From: Candidatus Nanoarchaeia archaeon
GTDB lineage: Archaea; Nanobdellota; Nanobdellia; Pacearchaeales; GW2011-AR1
Direction: 5' to 3'
DNA length: 64,000 bases
NCBI GenBank assembly: GCA_049288015.1
Contig: JBAQGX010000003.1
Coordinates: 55,662-119,661 of the forward strand
Part shown: positions 10,050 through 20,277 of the stretch, piece after piece
How positions within the stretch are numbered: the first letter of the stretch is position 1
How the letters are laid out: every line of letters begins with the position of its first letter
The notes under the pieces: generated by a model
Database searches by the model: none
What the model saw: only the letters and a program-made list of their open reading frames with translations
What the model was told of the DNA's origin: nothing
Made by a program: the position numbers and the translations under genes

Positions 10050-10835
10050 ATGGTAATTACAATGGATGATAATATACTTTGGATTCATTTGCATCCTCCT
10101 AGAACTGGAGGTAACACCATTGTTGAGACGATACTTAAACACTTTCCAAGAGAGGAAATATATATGACCTCTCTAGCAAGATATGGGATAGATACAGAGA
10201 AATTTGATAAGAATAAGGTCAGATTTATATTGGGACATGCTACTTATTACGGGATAGATAAATTGGTCCCTCAAAGAGTTCCAAGATATTTTGTCATTCT
10301 AAGGGATCCTGCAGAAAGGCTTGTTTCACACTATAATGCTAAGATGCAAGATGAAGAGAAGAAGATACCATTTGATAAGTGGTATAAAAATCAGATAAAA
10401 AACGAGATGGTTAATTTTCTAGACTTAAAATTTAGGGGAAGTGAATCTAGCAGAATGCGTGTTCCCAGGTTTATTTTGCCCTTAATAAAGAGGGTTAGCT
10501 ATAAAACAGTCTACTTTTTTCAAACAATTTTATTCAATTTGTTTAATCTCAATAAAAAGAACGATTTGAAAAAATTGGAGAATGCAAAAAAGTTGTTGGA
10601 TCTGTGTTGGTTTGTCGGAACTACTGAAGGGAGTAAAAAAGATTTTAAATTTATTTTTAATTCTATCGGGTTAAAAGATGTAAAATATAAAGATAATGGC
10701 GTAAGTAAAAAAGTTGTTAAAATAGATAATCAGCTTAGAGAAAGGATCTATAAAGATAATTCTTTAGATGTTGAATTATATAAATATGGATTAGAACTTA
10801 ATAAAAGACTAAGAGAAAAATATAAAATTAAATAA
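10050..10835 (+). CDS. PAPS-dependent sulfotransferase family protein
   Basis: 261 aa. The 5'-PSB-like motif is HLHPPRTGGNT. The 3'-PB-like motif is ILRDPAERLVSHY, of the RDPxxRxxS type. It is divergent from sat-cysC. Confidence 0.65.
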   Translation: MVITMDDNILWIHLHPPRTGGNTIVETILKHFPREEIYMTSLARYGIDTEKFDKNKVRFILGHATYYGIDKLVPQRVPRYFVILRDPAERLVSHYNAKMQDEEKKIPFDKWYKNQIKNEMVNFLDLKFRGSESSRMRVPRFILPLIKRVSYKTVYFFQTILFNLFNLNKKNDLKKLENAKKLLDLCWFVGTTEGSKKDFKFIFNSIGLKDVKYKDNGVSKKVVKIDNQLRERIYKDNSLDVELYKYGLELNKRLREKYKIK

Positions 10836-10857
10836 TAAAGTTATCTGTTTTCTTATT

Positions 10858-11910
10858 TTATTTATCTACAGAAGATATTCCTTTCTCTTTTAAAATTCTT
10901 AGATCATTTTGAACCATCATATTTACTAATTCTTTAAAGCTGGTTTTCGATTTCCATTTTAATTCTCTTTTAGCTTTAGAAGGATCCCCTAAAAGCAAAT
11001 CTACTTCTGCTGGTCTAAAAAATTTTTGATCTACTTTTACAACCACTCTTTCATGGTATTTTCCTACTTCATTAATTCCTTTTCCTTCCCAGATAATGGG
11101 CATGTCCACAATTTTGAATGCTTCTTCAACAAAATCTCTTACAGTATGATTTTCTCCCATAGATATAACATAATCTTCAGGCTTCTCTTGCTGAAGCATA
11201 AGCCACATTGCTTCCACGTAATCTCCTGCGAATCCCCAATCTCTTTTGGCGTCAAGATTACCAAGAGAAATAGGAAAATCTTGATATCCTAATTTTATCT
11301 TAGCTACGGAGTGCGAAATTTTTCTTGTGACAAATTGTTTACCTCTTATTGGTGATTCGTGATTAAACAAAATTCCACTACATGCAAATAACCCGTAACT
11401 TTCTCTATAATTTACTGTAATCCAATGACCGAATAATTTTGATACGCCATAAGGACTTCTTGGATAAAAAGGAGTCTTTTCTGTTTGCGGAACTTGCTGA
11501 ACTTTTCCAAACATTTCACTACTAGAGGCCTGATAAAATTTGATCTTGGGATTAATGAGCCTAATGGCTTCCAATATTCTTAGAACGCTCAATCCAGTAA
11601 TCTCTGCGGTAGATTCTGGTTGCGTCCAGGAAGAAGGAACAAAAGATTGTGAACCAAGATTATAAAACTCTGTAGGTTCAATTTCCTTCAATAACCTTAT
11701 TATAGAGCCTGTATCTGTTAAATCACCTTCAACTAAATGAATCTTATATTTTATCTCCCCTATTCTCTCGAATACATCTGTACTGGTACGTCTATGCATT
11801 CCAAATACTTCATATCCTTTTGAAAGTAAGAATTCAGCAAGATAGGTTCCGTCTTGTCCAGTAATGCCTGTAATTATAGCTTTTTTGTTTTGACCTTCAG
11901 ATTTATCCAT
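10858..11910 (-). CDS. gmd: GDP-mannose 4,6-dehydratase
   Basis: 350 aa. The N-terminus [28 protein letters not shown] matches the GMD hallmark, and the catalytic YxxxK is present. Confidence 0.9.
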   Translation of the reverse strand: MDKSEGQNKKAIITGITGQDGTYLAEFLLSKGYEVFGMHRRTSTDVFERIGEIKYKIHLVEGDLTDTGSIIRLLKEIEPTEFYNLGSQSFVPSSWTQPESTAEITGLSVLRILEAIRLINPKIKFYQASSSEMFGKVQQVPQTEKTPFYPRSPYGVSKLFGHWITVNYRESYGLFACSGILFNHESPIRGKQFVTRKISHSVAKIKLGYQDFPISLGNLDAKRDWGFAGDYVEAMWLMLQQEKPEDYVISMGENHTVRDFVEEAFKIVDMPIIWEGKGINEVGKYHERVVVKVDQKFFRPAEVDLLLGDPSKAKRELKWKSKTSFKELVNMMVQNDLRILKEKGISSVDK

Positions 11911-12123
11911 TAGAAACCATATGAGAAATGATTTAAAAACTTTCTGAATTACAAACCTTTAATATAACTCTTCTAGAACTTAAATTCATCTGTAAAATTT
12001 ATCAACTAAGATTGTCATTGCAAGGTCTAAATTTTTTGAAACATACGGATGTAAATTTGATAGCTTATTTTCCTTTTTATTCAACATATTTGGGGTTACA
12101 ATAATTGGATTATTATCTAATTC

Positions 12124-12603
12124 TCAAAATTTCAATTCCCCTTCACCTTGTGCATAATAAATACCCATATAATCTCTAACTCCTTTCCCTCCTTTATTGA
12201 TATTCTTAGAAATTGTGGTCCATCCACAGTCCGCTCCTCCGAAATAAACAAAGTCCGAAAGATTTAGATTGGCTTCTCTTTTTGCATTAGCACTTAAAGC
12301 ATTTCTTAATCCAATAGTGCCTCTAGGTATACCTCCCCCTATTGGCCATAAAAGATCTTTTGCAGGATGACCCTTTCGGGTAATTAACAATATGCCTCTT
12401 TCATTTTTTTCATTTAAACATGCGATAAGACCATCAACACTTCCACGCACAAGGTAGGATCTTGCAGAATAATAATCTTTATCTGAGATTAATCCTGGAC
12501 TAAAACTGTTCTCGTCAAACGGAGACCCTTCATTTTCAATAAAAGTAATAGGCTCAAAGATTTTTGAGTATTTTCTTATTTCTGATGCAGTAATATTATC
12601 CAT
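12124..12603 (-). CDS. hypothetical protein (possible degenerate NUDIX-like fold)
   Basis: 159 aa. A ...LLWPIGGGIPRG... segment is only loosely Nudix-box-like. It sits next to gmd. Confidence 0.35.
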   Translation of the reverse strand: MDNITASEIRKYSKIFEPITFIENEGSPFDENSFSPGLISDKDYYSARSYLVRGSVDGLIACLNEKNERGILLITRKGHPAKDLLWPIGGGIPRGTIGLRNALSANAKREANLNLSDFVYFGGADCGWTTISKNINKGGKGVRDYMGIYYAQGEGELKF

Positions 12604-12680
12604 TCCTTACTCTATTTTAATTGCTTTAAAAGTTTTATTATGTGTTATTTAACAACCCTTATAAATTGATAATTTGATTA

Positions 12681-13781
12681 ATGTTTATGAAAATTGTAAT
12701 GATTTACCCAAGTTCGTTATCGGAAAAAGGAATTTCAAAATATTCTCAAGATTTAATTAGTAACATAAGAAAGCAAGATGTAGACATAGACGAAATTACA
12801 TTCACCCAAGGAAAGTCTTCTACTTTATTTAAACAAATACCTAAAATCTTAAAATACGACGTAATACACATTCAGCATGAGTATAATCTCCTAGGAGGTT
12901 ATGGAATACCTTACTTTGCATTATTTGGAATATTAGGTCTTTTTAAGAAAAAAAGAATTATAACAACAATGCATACAGTTCCATCTTTAAAAGGTGAATT
13001 TCAAAGTGGAAAAATCAAAACTTTTTTGAGAAAAGTTCTTTATAAATTACAAAATAGACTGATAAATGTTAATTCTAATAAAATAATAGTTCATTCGGAA
13101 GCGTTTAAAAGAATTTTATCAGAAGAGTATCATGTTTCAGAAGAAAAAATAAATGTTCTTACTCATGCAATAATTGAAGATATAAAAATCACAAATAAAA
13201 ATAAGGCGAAGAAAGACTTGAAATTAGAAGGTAATGTCTATTTACTTATTGGGACTATGATACGAGACCATGGGCATGATATAATCTTAAGGCAAGCTGA
13301 CAAAATTGGTAAAACTATTTTAGTTGCTACCAACCCCCTCGCGATTAACTACAGAAACGAGGAAAAAATAAAAGAATTTTTAAAACTAAATCAAGATATT
13401 GTTTCACAAAATCATTTTGAGAATTTTGTACGGTTTGATCTCGGACAAATTTCTTATGAAAAATGGTGGGAATATTTTTCCGCAGCAGATTTAATTTTGT
13501 TACCTTATAGAGGGGGAATAGGTAGTGGGATTTTTGCGGACGCAATGGCAGCACAAAAACCAGTAATTTCTAGTAATGTCCCTTATTTTAAAGAGATTGC
13601 AAAAGACTATGATTGTATAAAAATTGCAGATACAGATAATGATTTTGCTGAAATAATTAAAGAATCAATGAAACCAGAAAATTATAAAAAAATGATAAAA
13701 GGATGTGAAAAATTTTTGAAGGAAAATGGATTAACTCCTATTTCAAGAAAATATAAGGAAATTTATAAATCATTATTATGA
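12681..13781 (+). CDS. glycosyltransferase family 4
   Basis: 366 aa. The C-terminal GT4 motif region is present (LILLPYRGGIGSGIFADAMAAQKPVISSN). Confidence 0.75.
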   Translation: MFMKIVMIYPSSLSEKGISKYSQDLISNIRKQDVDIDEITFTQGKSSTLFKQIPKILKYDVIHIQHEYNLLGGYGIPYFALFGILGLFKKKRIITTMHTVPSLKGEFQSGKIKTFLRKVLYKLQNRLINVNSNKIIVHSEAFKRILSEEYHVSEEKINVLTHAIIEDIKITNKNKAKKDLKLEGNVYLLIGTMIRDHGHDIILRQADKIGKTILVATNPLAINYRNEEKIKEFLKLNQDIVSQNHFENFVRFDLGQISYEKWWEYFSAADLILLPYRGGIGSGIFADAMAAQKPVISSNVPYFKEIAKDYDCIKIADTDNDFAEIIKESMKPENYKKMIKGCEKFLKENGLTPISRKYKEIYKSLL

Positions 13782-14620
13782 AAATAGCAATAATAGGAGC
13801 AAATGGTTTTTTAGGTAAAAAGTTGAAAGAATACTTTTCTAAAAACAATGAGGTTATATCTGCAGGAATTAATGGAATAGGGGATATAATACCCTTAGAT
13901 GCCTCTGATAAGAAAGCTGTTGAAGATTTTATTTCTAAATACAATCCAGAAGTAGTCATAGATACTGTTGCCTTATCAAGTTCAGTGGCATGCGAAAAAG
14001 ATCCAAAGCTTTGTAAAAAACTAAATTATATTTCTGCAAAGAATATCGCAGATTCTTGTAAGAAAAATAATTCTGAAATGGTCTTTATTTCATCTTCGTA
14101 TGTTTTTGATGGTAATAAGGGAAGTTACAAAGAAGATGATCCAGTTTTACCTACAAATCAATATGCAATCACTAAGATTATGGCTGAAAAGGAAGTATCA
14201 AAATTATCTAGATTTTTGATCATAAGGGTTGAAATGATGTACGGACTAGATCAAAAAAAGATTAGATTTGGGACAGGGGGATTTAATAAAGAAATTATTG
14301 AAGTAGGATATCCAAAGCAAGTAAGAAACCCGCTTTTCGTTAATGATATTCCAAAGATAATAAATGAACTAATAAATAAAAGACAAAAGGGAATTTTCCA
14401 TTTAGCTGGCCCGGACAAGATTTCATTACTAGACTTTATAATGAAATTGTCTAAATTAGAAAAAGCAGAGAAAAAGGTTAAGATTGTAGATAGTTCTAAT
14501 TGGGCCATTAAATCTCCTAAAAATTCAACATTAGATACGTCTAAAATTAATTCCTTGGATATACACACTACTCCCCTAGATCTTTCATTAAGTGAAATAA
14601 AAAAAGAAATTATTAATTAG
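13778..14620 (+). CDS. RmlD-like NAD(P)H-dependent nucleotide-sugar 4-ketoreductase (SDR)
   Basis: 280 aa. It has the N-terminal glycine-rich loop MKIAIIGANGFLGK and a YAITK (YxxxK) catalytic motif. It overlaps the upstream GT gene. Confidence 0.65.
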   Translation: MKIAIIGANGFLGKKLKEYFSKNNEVISAGINGIGDIIPLDASDKKAVEDFISKYNPEVVIDTVALSSSVACEKDPKLCKKLNYISAKNIADSCKKNNSEMVFISSSYVFDGNKGSYKEDDPVLPTNQYAITKIMAEKEVSKLSRFLIIRVEMMYGLDQKKIRFGTGGFNKEIIEVGYPKQVRNPLFVNDIPKIINELINKRQKGIFHLAGPDKISLLDFIMKLSKLEKAEKKVKIVDSSNWAIKSPKNSTLDTSKINSLDIHTTPLDLSLSEIKKEIIN

Positions 14621-15881
14621 AGTTAATATCTATTACTCTCAATCTAGGGAAAGGTAATATAAATTTCCCTCCATTATTCAAGTATTCTTTCTCATCATCG
14701 CCAATGCCTTTGAATATATGCCAAATTAAAACTAATTGATAGTCAGGGTTGTATTTTTTTATATTATCTGGGGAAGTGATGGGAATTAATGAACCTACAG
14801 TTAATTTTCCCTCTTTATCTGGGTTTCTGTCAAAGATACAATCAATTAAGTCTGGGCCAAGATTAAAATATTGGAGAGTTGTATTTCCCCTAGTAGACGC
14901 TCCTAATCCACATATTATTTTACCGGACTTTTTCTCATTTTTTAAAAAAGTCAATAATTCTTCTTTTATAGAATCAATCCTAGATGCGAAATCTAAGTAA
15001 GGCTTTTTAGTGTTAAGTCCTATTATCTTTTCTTTTTCATTTATCTCCTTCAAGTAATCTTTGTCCGATTCTGAAGAATTAATTGTCTCATTGTCTTTAA
15101 ATTTAATATAAGTTCTTATGCTTCCTCCATTTACTTCATTTTGTTCTATCTTAAAAATTTCTAGGTTATATTTATCTAAGAGGTTTCTAAGAGATAAAAG
15201 TGAATAGTACTCTCTGTGCTCATGGCAGATATTATCTACTGCATTATTTTCAAGCATAGCAATTAAATAATTTTGCTGAATTATAAAAATCCCATTTTTA
15301 TCTAAAACTGAAACAATATCTTTTAAAAATTTATTTGGATTATCAAGATCATAAAACATTGAAATAGCAGTTATTATTTTTGCTTTGCTATTTTCAGATT
15401 TTGAAAAATCATCTGCATTAAAAAAATTATTTATTATTTTATATCCTTTGCTGCTTGCCTCTTTAGCTACATTTTTTGAAGGTTCAAATCCAATAATATT
15501 GATTCCTTTGCTTTTATCATAAGAATCTAACAGTGTTCCATCATTGCACCCTATATCTATAACAGTATCTCCCTTCCTTAATTGGACTATCTTCTGAGCT
15601 TTCTCAACTATATCCTTTAGATCCTCTCTAATCATTCTGTTTATTCCAGATTTATACCAATACTGGTCTCCCCACATAGAACTAGCAGGAGCATTGTGTT
15701 TTAATTGTAATAACTTGCAATTTTCACATAAAACTAATTCTAATGGAACGAGGGGGATATCTCTTTGTTCTTCCTCAGAGCTGACAAAATTTGTAACATA
15801 TTGATTACCTAAGGATATTATGGGAGTTAACTCTACAGAACCACACGATCTACATTCCTTTATTTCTAAAGTCTTTTCCAT
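14613..15881 (-). CDS. sugar C-methyltransferase-like protein (Zn-ribbon + SAM MTase + C-MT C-terminal domain)
   Basis: 422 aa. The N-terminus has CxxC...CxxC (CRSCGS...CENCKL), followed by the SAM motif VIDIGCNDG. The architecture resembles TylCIII/NovU-type sugar 3-C-methyltransferases. Confidence 0.55.
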   Translation of the reverse strand: MEKTLEIKECRSCGSVELTPIISLGNQYVTNFVSSEEEQRDIPLVPLELVLCENCKLLQLKHNAPASSMWGDQYWYKSGINRMIREDLKDIVEKAQKIVQLRKGDTVIDIGCNDGTLLDSYDKSKGINIIGFEPSKNVAKEASSKGYKIINNFFNADDFSKSENSKAKIITAISMFYDLDNPNKFLKDIVSVLDKNGIFIIQQNYLIAMLENNAVDNICHEHREYYSLLSLRNLLDKYNLEIFKIEQNEVNGGSIRTYIKFKDNETINSSESDKDYLKEINEKEKIIGLNTKKPYLDFASRIDSIKEELLTFLKNEKKSGKIICGLGASTRGNTTLQYFNLGPDLIDCIFDRNPDKEGKLTVGSLIPITSPDNIKKYNPDYQLVLIWHIFKGIGDDEKEYLNNGGKFILPFPRLRVIDINSN

Positions 15882-16020
15882 CTATTATTTGCTCGTAAAT
15901 TTAACTGCAAGCCAATTTTATTGGGAATTTTCCCTTTTTAATGATTTCTGTATGTCTATACTTTGAAGAATTGTTCTTCATAATCTTTTTAAATAATGGA
16001 CGCAACCTATCAACCAGAAG

Positions 16021-17133
16021 ATGAAACATCTAAAAGTATTTATCAATCCAGGGATCCACCCTCAGTTTAGAGAGATAATTGATTTTCCACCAGAAGATGT
16101 AGAATATGTTTATGATCCTATAGTTGGAGATCACAATAATGAATTAACTAGGAGAAAGAGAGAAGTTATTTCTTTTGTACAGAGATATCTCCAAGTTCCT
16201 AGGATGGCAAAAATAGAGAATGAGGATAAATTTGATCTTATCCATTCCACGAGAGGAATTCTAATAAGAAATAAGAAACCATGGGTTATTGACTTAGAAT
16301 CTGGTGCTGCCTTTTCCGGTTTGGAATGGACAACATTAAAGAAACCCAGAATGAGAAGACTGATAAGAAAATATCTTTCCTCTCCTTATTGTAAAAAAAT
16401 AATGCCCCAAAGCGAAGCGGCTAGGAAAACTCTGCTTGAAAATGTTGACTGTTTTGGTTTTGAAGATAAAATAGAGACAGTTTATTTGGCTTATCATACA
16501 ACTAAACTAGAAAGAAAAAAATCAGATAAAGTTAGATTATCTTTTATCGGAAGAGGATTCTTCGAAAAAGGAGGTAATGATGTGCAAGAGGCGTTTAAGA
16601 TATTAGATAAGAAATATCCTGGTAAGCTTCAATTAAAAGTCAAATGTAATGTTCCAGAAGACCACAAATTGGATATGAACAATGTGATTTATTTGCCAAA
16701 AATAGATGATCCTTTAGAATTTTATAAAGAAATATTTGGAGATTGCGATATTTATGTACAACCAACCACTGTGGATAGCTTTGGTGTTACTATATTAGAA
16801 GCAATGTCAACAGGACTACCCATAGTTTGTACAGATGATTTTACTCTGCCAGAATTAGTAGAAGACGGCCATAATGGGTTTTTGGTGAAAAGTCCTGTTC
16901 ATTGGTATCCTTATGGTATAAAAGGGGAATGGAAAGAATATACAAAAAAAGCAGAAGAGGAACATCCAGAGACTGTTCAAGAATTAGTTGAAAAAATTTC
17001 CCTGCTTATAGAAAATCCAAAATTAAGAGAAAAAATGGGAAAAAATAGTTTTGATATCGTTGAATCTGGGAAATTTTCGATAAAAGAAAGGAACAAAAAA
17101 TTAAGAAAAATTTATGATGAAGCTCTTAGGTAA
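16021..17133 (+). CDS. glycosyltransferase family 4
   Basis: 370 aa. The GT4 C-terminal motif is present (FGVTILEAMSTGLPIVCTDDFTLPELVEDGHNGFLV). Confidence 0.75.
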   Translation: MKHLKVFINPGIHPQFREIIDFPPEDVEYVYDPIVGDHNNELTRRKREVISFVQRYLQVPRMAKIENEDKFDLIHSTRGILIRNKKPWVIDLESGAAFSGLEWTTLKKPRMRRLIRKYLSSPYCKKIMPQSEAARKTLLENVDCFGFEDKIETVYLAYHTTKLERKKSDKVRLSFIGRGFFEKGGNDVQEAFKILDKKYPGKLQLKVKCNVPEDHKLDMNNVIYLPKIDDPLEFYKEIFGDCDIYVQPTTVDSFGVTILEAMSTGLPIVCTDDFTLPELVEDGHNGFLVKSPVHWYPYGIKGEWKEYTKKAEEEHPETVQELVEKISLLIENPKLREKMGKNSFDIVESGKFSIKERNKKLRKIYDEALR

Positions 17134-18050
17134 TTAATAAATTTTTTAATCCCTTCTTCGGGGCTCATTGGTTCTATTCCCAATATTTCCCTCATTAGCT
17201 TCGTATCTGCTTCAAGATTTTCAACATAATTGGCTTCCTTTGGAATAAAAATTGGTTCTAAATTAGTATTGAAATCATCTTTTATAGTTTTTAACAATTG
17301 TCTGAATGATTTAGATTTTCCAGTTCCAACATTGATTATACCTGTATACTCAACCTCTGCAGATCTTACAATCATTTTAACTACATCTTCTATATAAACA
17401 AAATCACGGGTTTGATTTCCATCCCCCCATATTTCTGGGGCCTTTCCATTCATATAATCTTTTATGAATAAGTAAAGTACACTTCCAAAATCTTTCTTTC
17501 TTTCTTCACCAGGCCCATATCCAGCAAAAATTCTTAGACCAACCGATTTCACAAAATCAGAATAAGAACTTGCAAGGCCTTCACAAGCCATTTTGCCTGC
17601 AGCATATAAATTTCGTGGTTTAATATAAATATTTTCTCTGTGAGGCATCTCATTTCCTGCATAATTGCTTCCGGAAGTAGGATATACCAATTTCTTTGTT
17701 TTGTTTTGTTTTGCAAATTCCAGTGCTTCATACAAACCAAAGATAGTTTCGCTTAAGCATTTTTCTGGAGTTTTTTTGAATAGTGTTATGGATGATGGTG
17801 CAGCAAAATGGAAAATATAGTCTATATCTTTTGGAACTTTAGCCCATGATTCATGTTTGGATACATCTCCCTCGATTATATTTATTTTTTTTAAAAAATC
17901 CAACTTGTCTTTAAATTTCTCATAATCTGTGTAAGAAAAATTATCAATTGAATAGACAATAGCTCCTCTCGAAAGTAACTCTTTTGTAATGTTTGATCCT
18001 ATAAATCCACTTGCTCCATTAACCAAAACTTTTTTGTCTTTCCAATCCAT
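17112..18050 (-). CDS. NAD-dependent nucleotide-sugar epimerase/dehydratase (extended SDR)
   Basis: 312 aa. It has the NGASGFIGSN Rossmann loop and a YAAGK catalytic motif. Its 3' end overlaps the convergent GT gene. Confidence 0.75.
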   Translation of the reverse strand: MDWKDKKVLVNGASGFIGSNITKELLSRGAIVYSIDNFSYTDYEKFKDKLDFLKKINIIEGDVSKHESWAKVPKDIDYIFHFAAPSSITLFKKTPEKCLSETIFGLYEALEFAKQNKTKKLVYPTSGSNYAGNEMPHRENIYIKPRNLYAAGKMACEGLASSYSDFVKSVGLRIFAGYGPGEERKKDFGSVLYLFIKDYMNGKAPEIWGDGNQTRDFVYIEDVVKMIVRSAEVEYTGIINVGTGKSKSFRQLLKTIKDDFNTNLEPIFIPKEANYVENLEADTKLMREILGIEPMSPEEGIKKFINYLRASS

Positions 18051-18099
18051 GGAATTTGGAAAGACTAGTTATTTTTAAGTCTTATGTATCTTAAACACA

Positions 18100-19206
18100 C
18101 TATTTTAATATTTCTAAAATTTTCTTGCTTACTCCACTTTCTCCGTATGGGTTTTTAAAATTTTTAATTTCAACTTTGTTATTTTCTATATCTTCAATAA
18201 TTTTCTTAGCATAGTCTATATCAAATTTTATGAGAAAATTTATTCCGCTTTCAATGCCTTCTTGTCTTTCAGTTCTTTCTCTAAGAATTAAGCAAGGTTT
18301 TCTAAATACTAAACTTTCTTCTTGAATGCTTCCCCCATCCGTAATTAAATACTTGCTATTGGCTAATAAGAAAATAAACTCAAAATAATCAATGAGTGGA
18401 GTAATTTTGATATTTTTCATCTCTTCGATTTCTTTCATCAAGCCATATTTCTCCAAATATTGTCTGGTATTATCATGAAGAGGCCATATTCCTTTTATTT
18501 TTACATTCTTTATGACTTCGACAATACTAATCATCCTTTTCTTATTTACTAAGTTCTCATGTCTATGAATATTTATAAGAACATAATCTTCATCAAGTTT
18601 TTTATACTTTTTTTTAGCTTTATTATATGTAATCTGTGCAGATTCTATAATGGTATTTCCAACATTTACTATTTGCCCTTTCTTTCTTTCTTTTATTAGA
18701 TTGTTTGCAGAAAAATCTGAAACTGCTAGTAGTATATCCGAGTTTCTATCACATATTTTTCGGGAAATTTCTTCGGGAAATGGTTCCCATATGCTACCAC
18801 TTCTTAATCCAGCTTCCAAGTGAACACTTTTCCAAGATTTATTATGATTTAATAATCTGCTGGAAGCTATTGAAGCTGCTGCAGTGCTCATAGTATCTCC
18901 ATGATAAATAACATAACTTGGCTTTAGTTCTCTTATTTTTCTCCTAATTCTAAAAATAGTTTTGATAAACCAAAATAAAGAGCTACTGTTAACTTTTGAC
19001 CAAAATTTTGTACTTTTTTCTGGTTCTATACTAAGAGTAAAATCTGGTCGTTTTATTCCAAATATACTACATGCTTCTCCGAGAGGATGCTGACCTGTAT
19101 GAATAAACCAATATTCTCTCTTCTGTTTTTGTAATTCGAGCATTAAAGGCATACATTTAATCAGTTCTGCTTTAGTGCCTAATATGAATGTTATTTTGTT
19201 TTCCAT
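18100..19206 (-). CDS. wecB: UDP-N-acetylglucosamine 2-epimerase (non-hydrolysing)
   Basis: The HLEAGLRSGS motif is present and the size fits WecB. I moved the start to MENKITFILGTK; the ORF track starts 12 codons earlier at 19242. Confidence 0.8.
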   Translation of the reverse strand: MENKITFILGTKAELIKCMPLMLELQKQKREYWFIHTGQHPLGEACSIFGIKRPDFTLSIEPEKSTKFWSKVNSSSLFWFIKTIFRIRRKIRELKPSYVIYHGDTMSTAAASIASSRLLNHNKSWKSVHLEAGLRSGSIWEPFPEEISRKICDRNSDILLAVSDFSANNLIKERKKGQIVNVGNTIIESAQITYNKAKKKYKKLDEDYVLINIHRHENLVNKKRMISIVEVIKNVKIKGIWPLHDNTRQYLEKYGLMKEIEEMKNIKITPLIDYFEFIFLLANSKYLITDGGSIQEESLVFRKPCLILRERTERQEGIESGINFLIKFDIDYAKKIIEDIENNKVEIKNFKNPYGESGVSKKILEILK

Positions 19207-19213
19207 ATTATTT

Positions 19214-20212
19214 TTATAAAAGATAAGTAAAAACCAGTACAATGATTATTATTAACAACTGGAAGCAATTTATCAAATTTACAACATCATTTTCATAAAC
19301 TTTATGGCTCGGCTTTATTTTTTTCAAAATTTTTATAGATAAATGTTCTAATCCATAAATTTTGTCATATGCAAGATCTAAACTTCCGTCGGGATTTGGC
19401 TTTCCGAAACTATATTTCTTTAGTTTTCCTCTTGCTTTCAAGATTGTTTCAATTATGTATGGTATAAAGAATAATATAGTAATAACTTCCAGATTTCCCA
19501 ATATAGCAATTGCAGCAATCATCATACCAATAGAGTAAGTCATCACATCTCCTGGAAAGACTTTTGCCGGATTTTTATTATAAATATAGAATGCAACTAG
19601 TGATGCTACCATTATCAAAGAAATCAGACTAAGCCAAGTATTTCCACTTAGATATGTTGCCAGCGCAAGTGCGGAAAGAATTAATATTCCTTGCCTTGCT
19701 TCAAGACTATTATAACCAGCCAAAAAATTATATGTTGTGGTTGCTCCGACAACTCCAATCGGAATTATTATTAGAGGATATAATATGCCTAAGCTGATTC
19801 CCATAACAACAGAGTTTCCTGCATTTATTACCATTAAAGGAATTGCGGAGAATAACACTAAAATTAATCTAGATCGAATGGACATCCCGCCCTTTTGCCA
19901 TCCAAATAAGTCATCAACTAAACCAATTCCAGCTACCAAGAAAAGTGAACTTATTATTGCAAATATCTGAATTGTATCTTCTGATGATTTAAAATAAAAT
20001 GTTTGTATTGCAATGTATAAAAAAATACCAATAAGTGTTGCAAGTACAGCAACAATTCCCCCCGAACCTGCAACATTTTTTTCTCTTTTTGGCTTGTTCA
20101 TATCTTCCCAAACCAAGCCGATTTCCTTTGCTTTTCTTATCCAGAAGGGCATAACAATTAAAGTAACAAAAAAACTTACTAAGACTGTCCCCAAAAGCCA
20201 AGGATTTACCAT
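19214..20212 (-). CDS. aglH: GT4-family (MraY/WecA/AglH-like) dolichyl-phosphate GlcNAc-1-phosphate transferase
   Basis: 332 aa with about 10 TM helices. The GLVDDLFG motif is characteristic of polyprenyl-phosphate HexNAc-1-P transferases. Confidence 0.75.
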   Translation of the reverse strand: MVNPWLLGTVLVSFFVTLIVMPFWIRKAKEIGLVWEDMNKPKREKNVAGSGGIVAVLATLIGIFLYIAIQTFYFKSSEDTIQIFAIISSLFLVAGIGLVDDLFGWQKGGMSIRSRLILVLFSAIPLMVINAGNSVVMGISLGILYPLIIIPIGVVGATTTYNFLAGYNSLEARQGILILSALALATYLSGNTWLSLISLIMVASLVAFYIYNKNPAKVFPGDVMTYSIGMMIAAIAILGNLEVITILFFIPYIIETILKARGKLKKYSFGKPNPDGSLDLAYDKIYGLEHLSIKILKKIKPSHKVYENDVVNLINCFQLLIIIIVLVFTYLL

Positions 20213-20277
20213 CGTGTCAGGAATATTTTTTCACTTTTAAGCTTTATGCAAGATATAATCAAATCTTTCAAATATTA

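Noticed and set aside
12124-12603. A NUDIX / GDP-mannose mannosyl hydrolase call for the 159-aa protein next to gmd.
   Set aside because: The Nudix box (GX5EX7REUXEEXGU) is not recognisable, and only a vague GGG...RE segment is present. I kept the protein as hypothetical.
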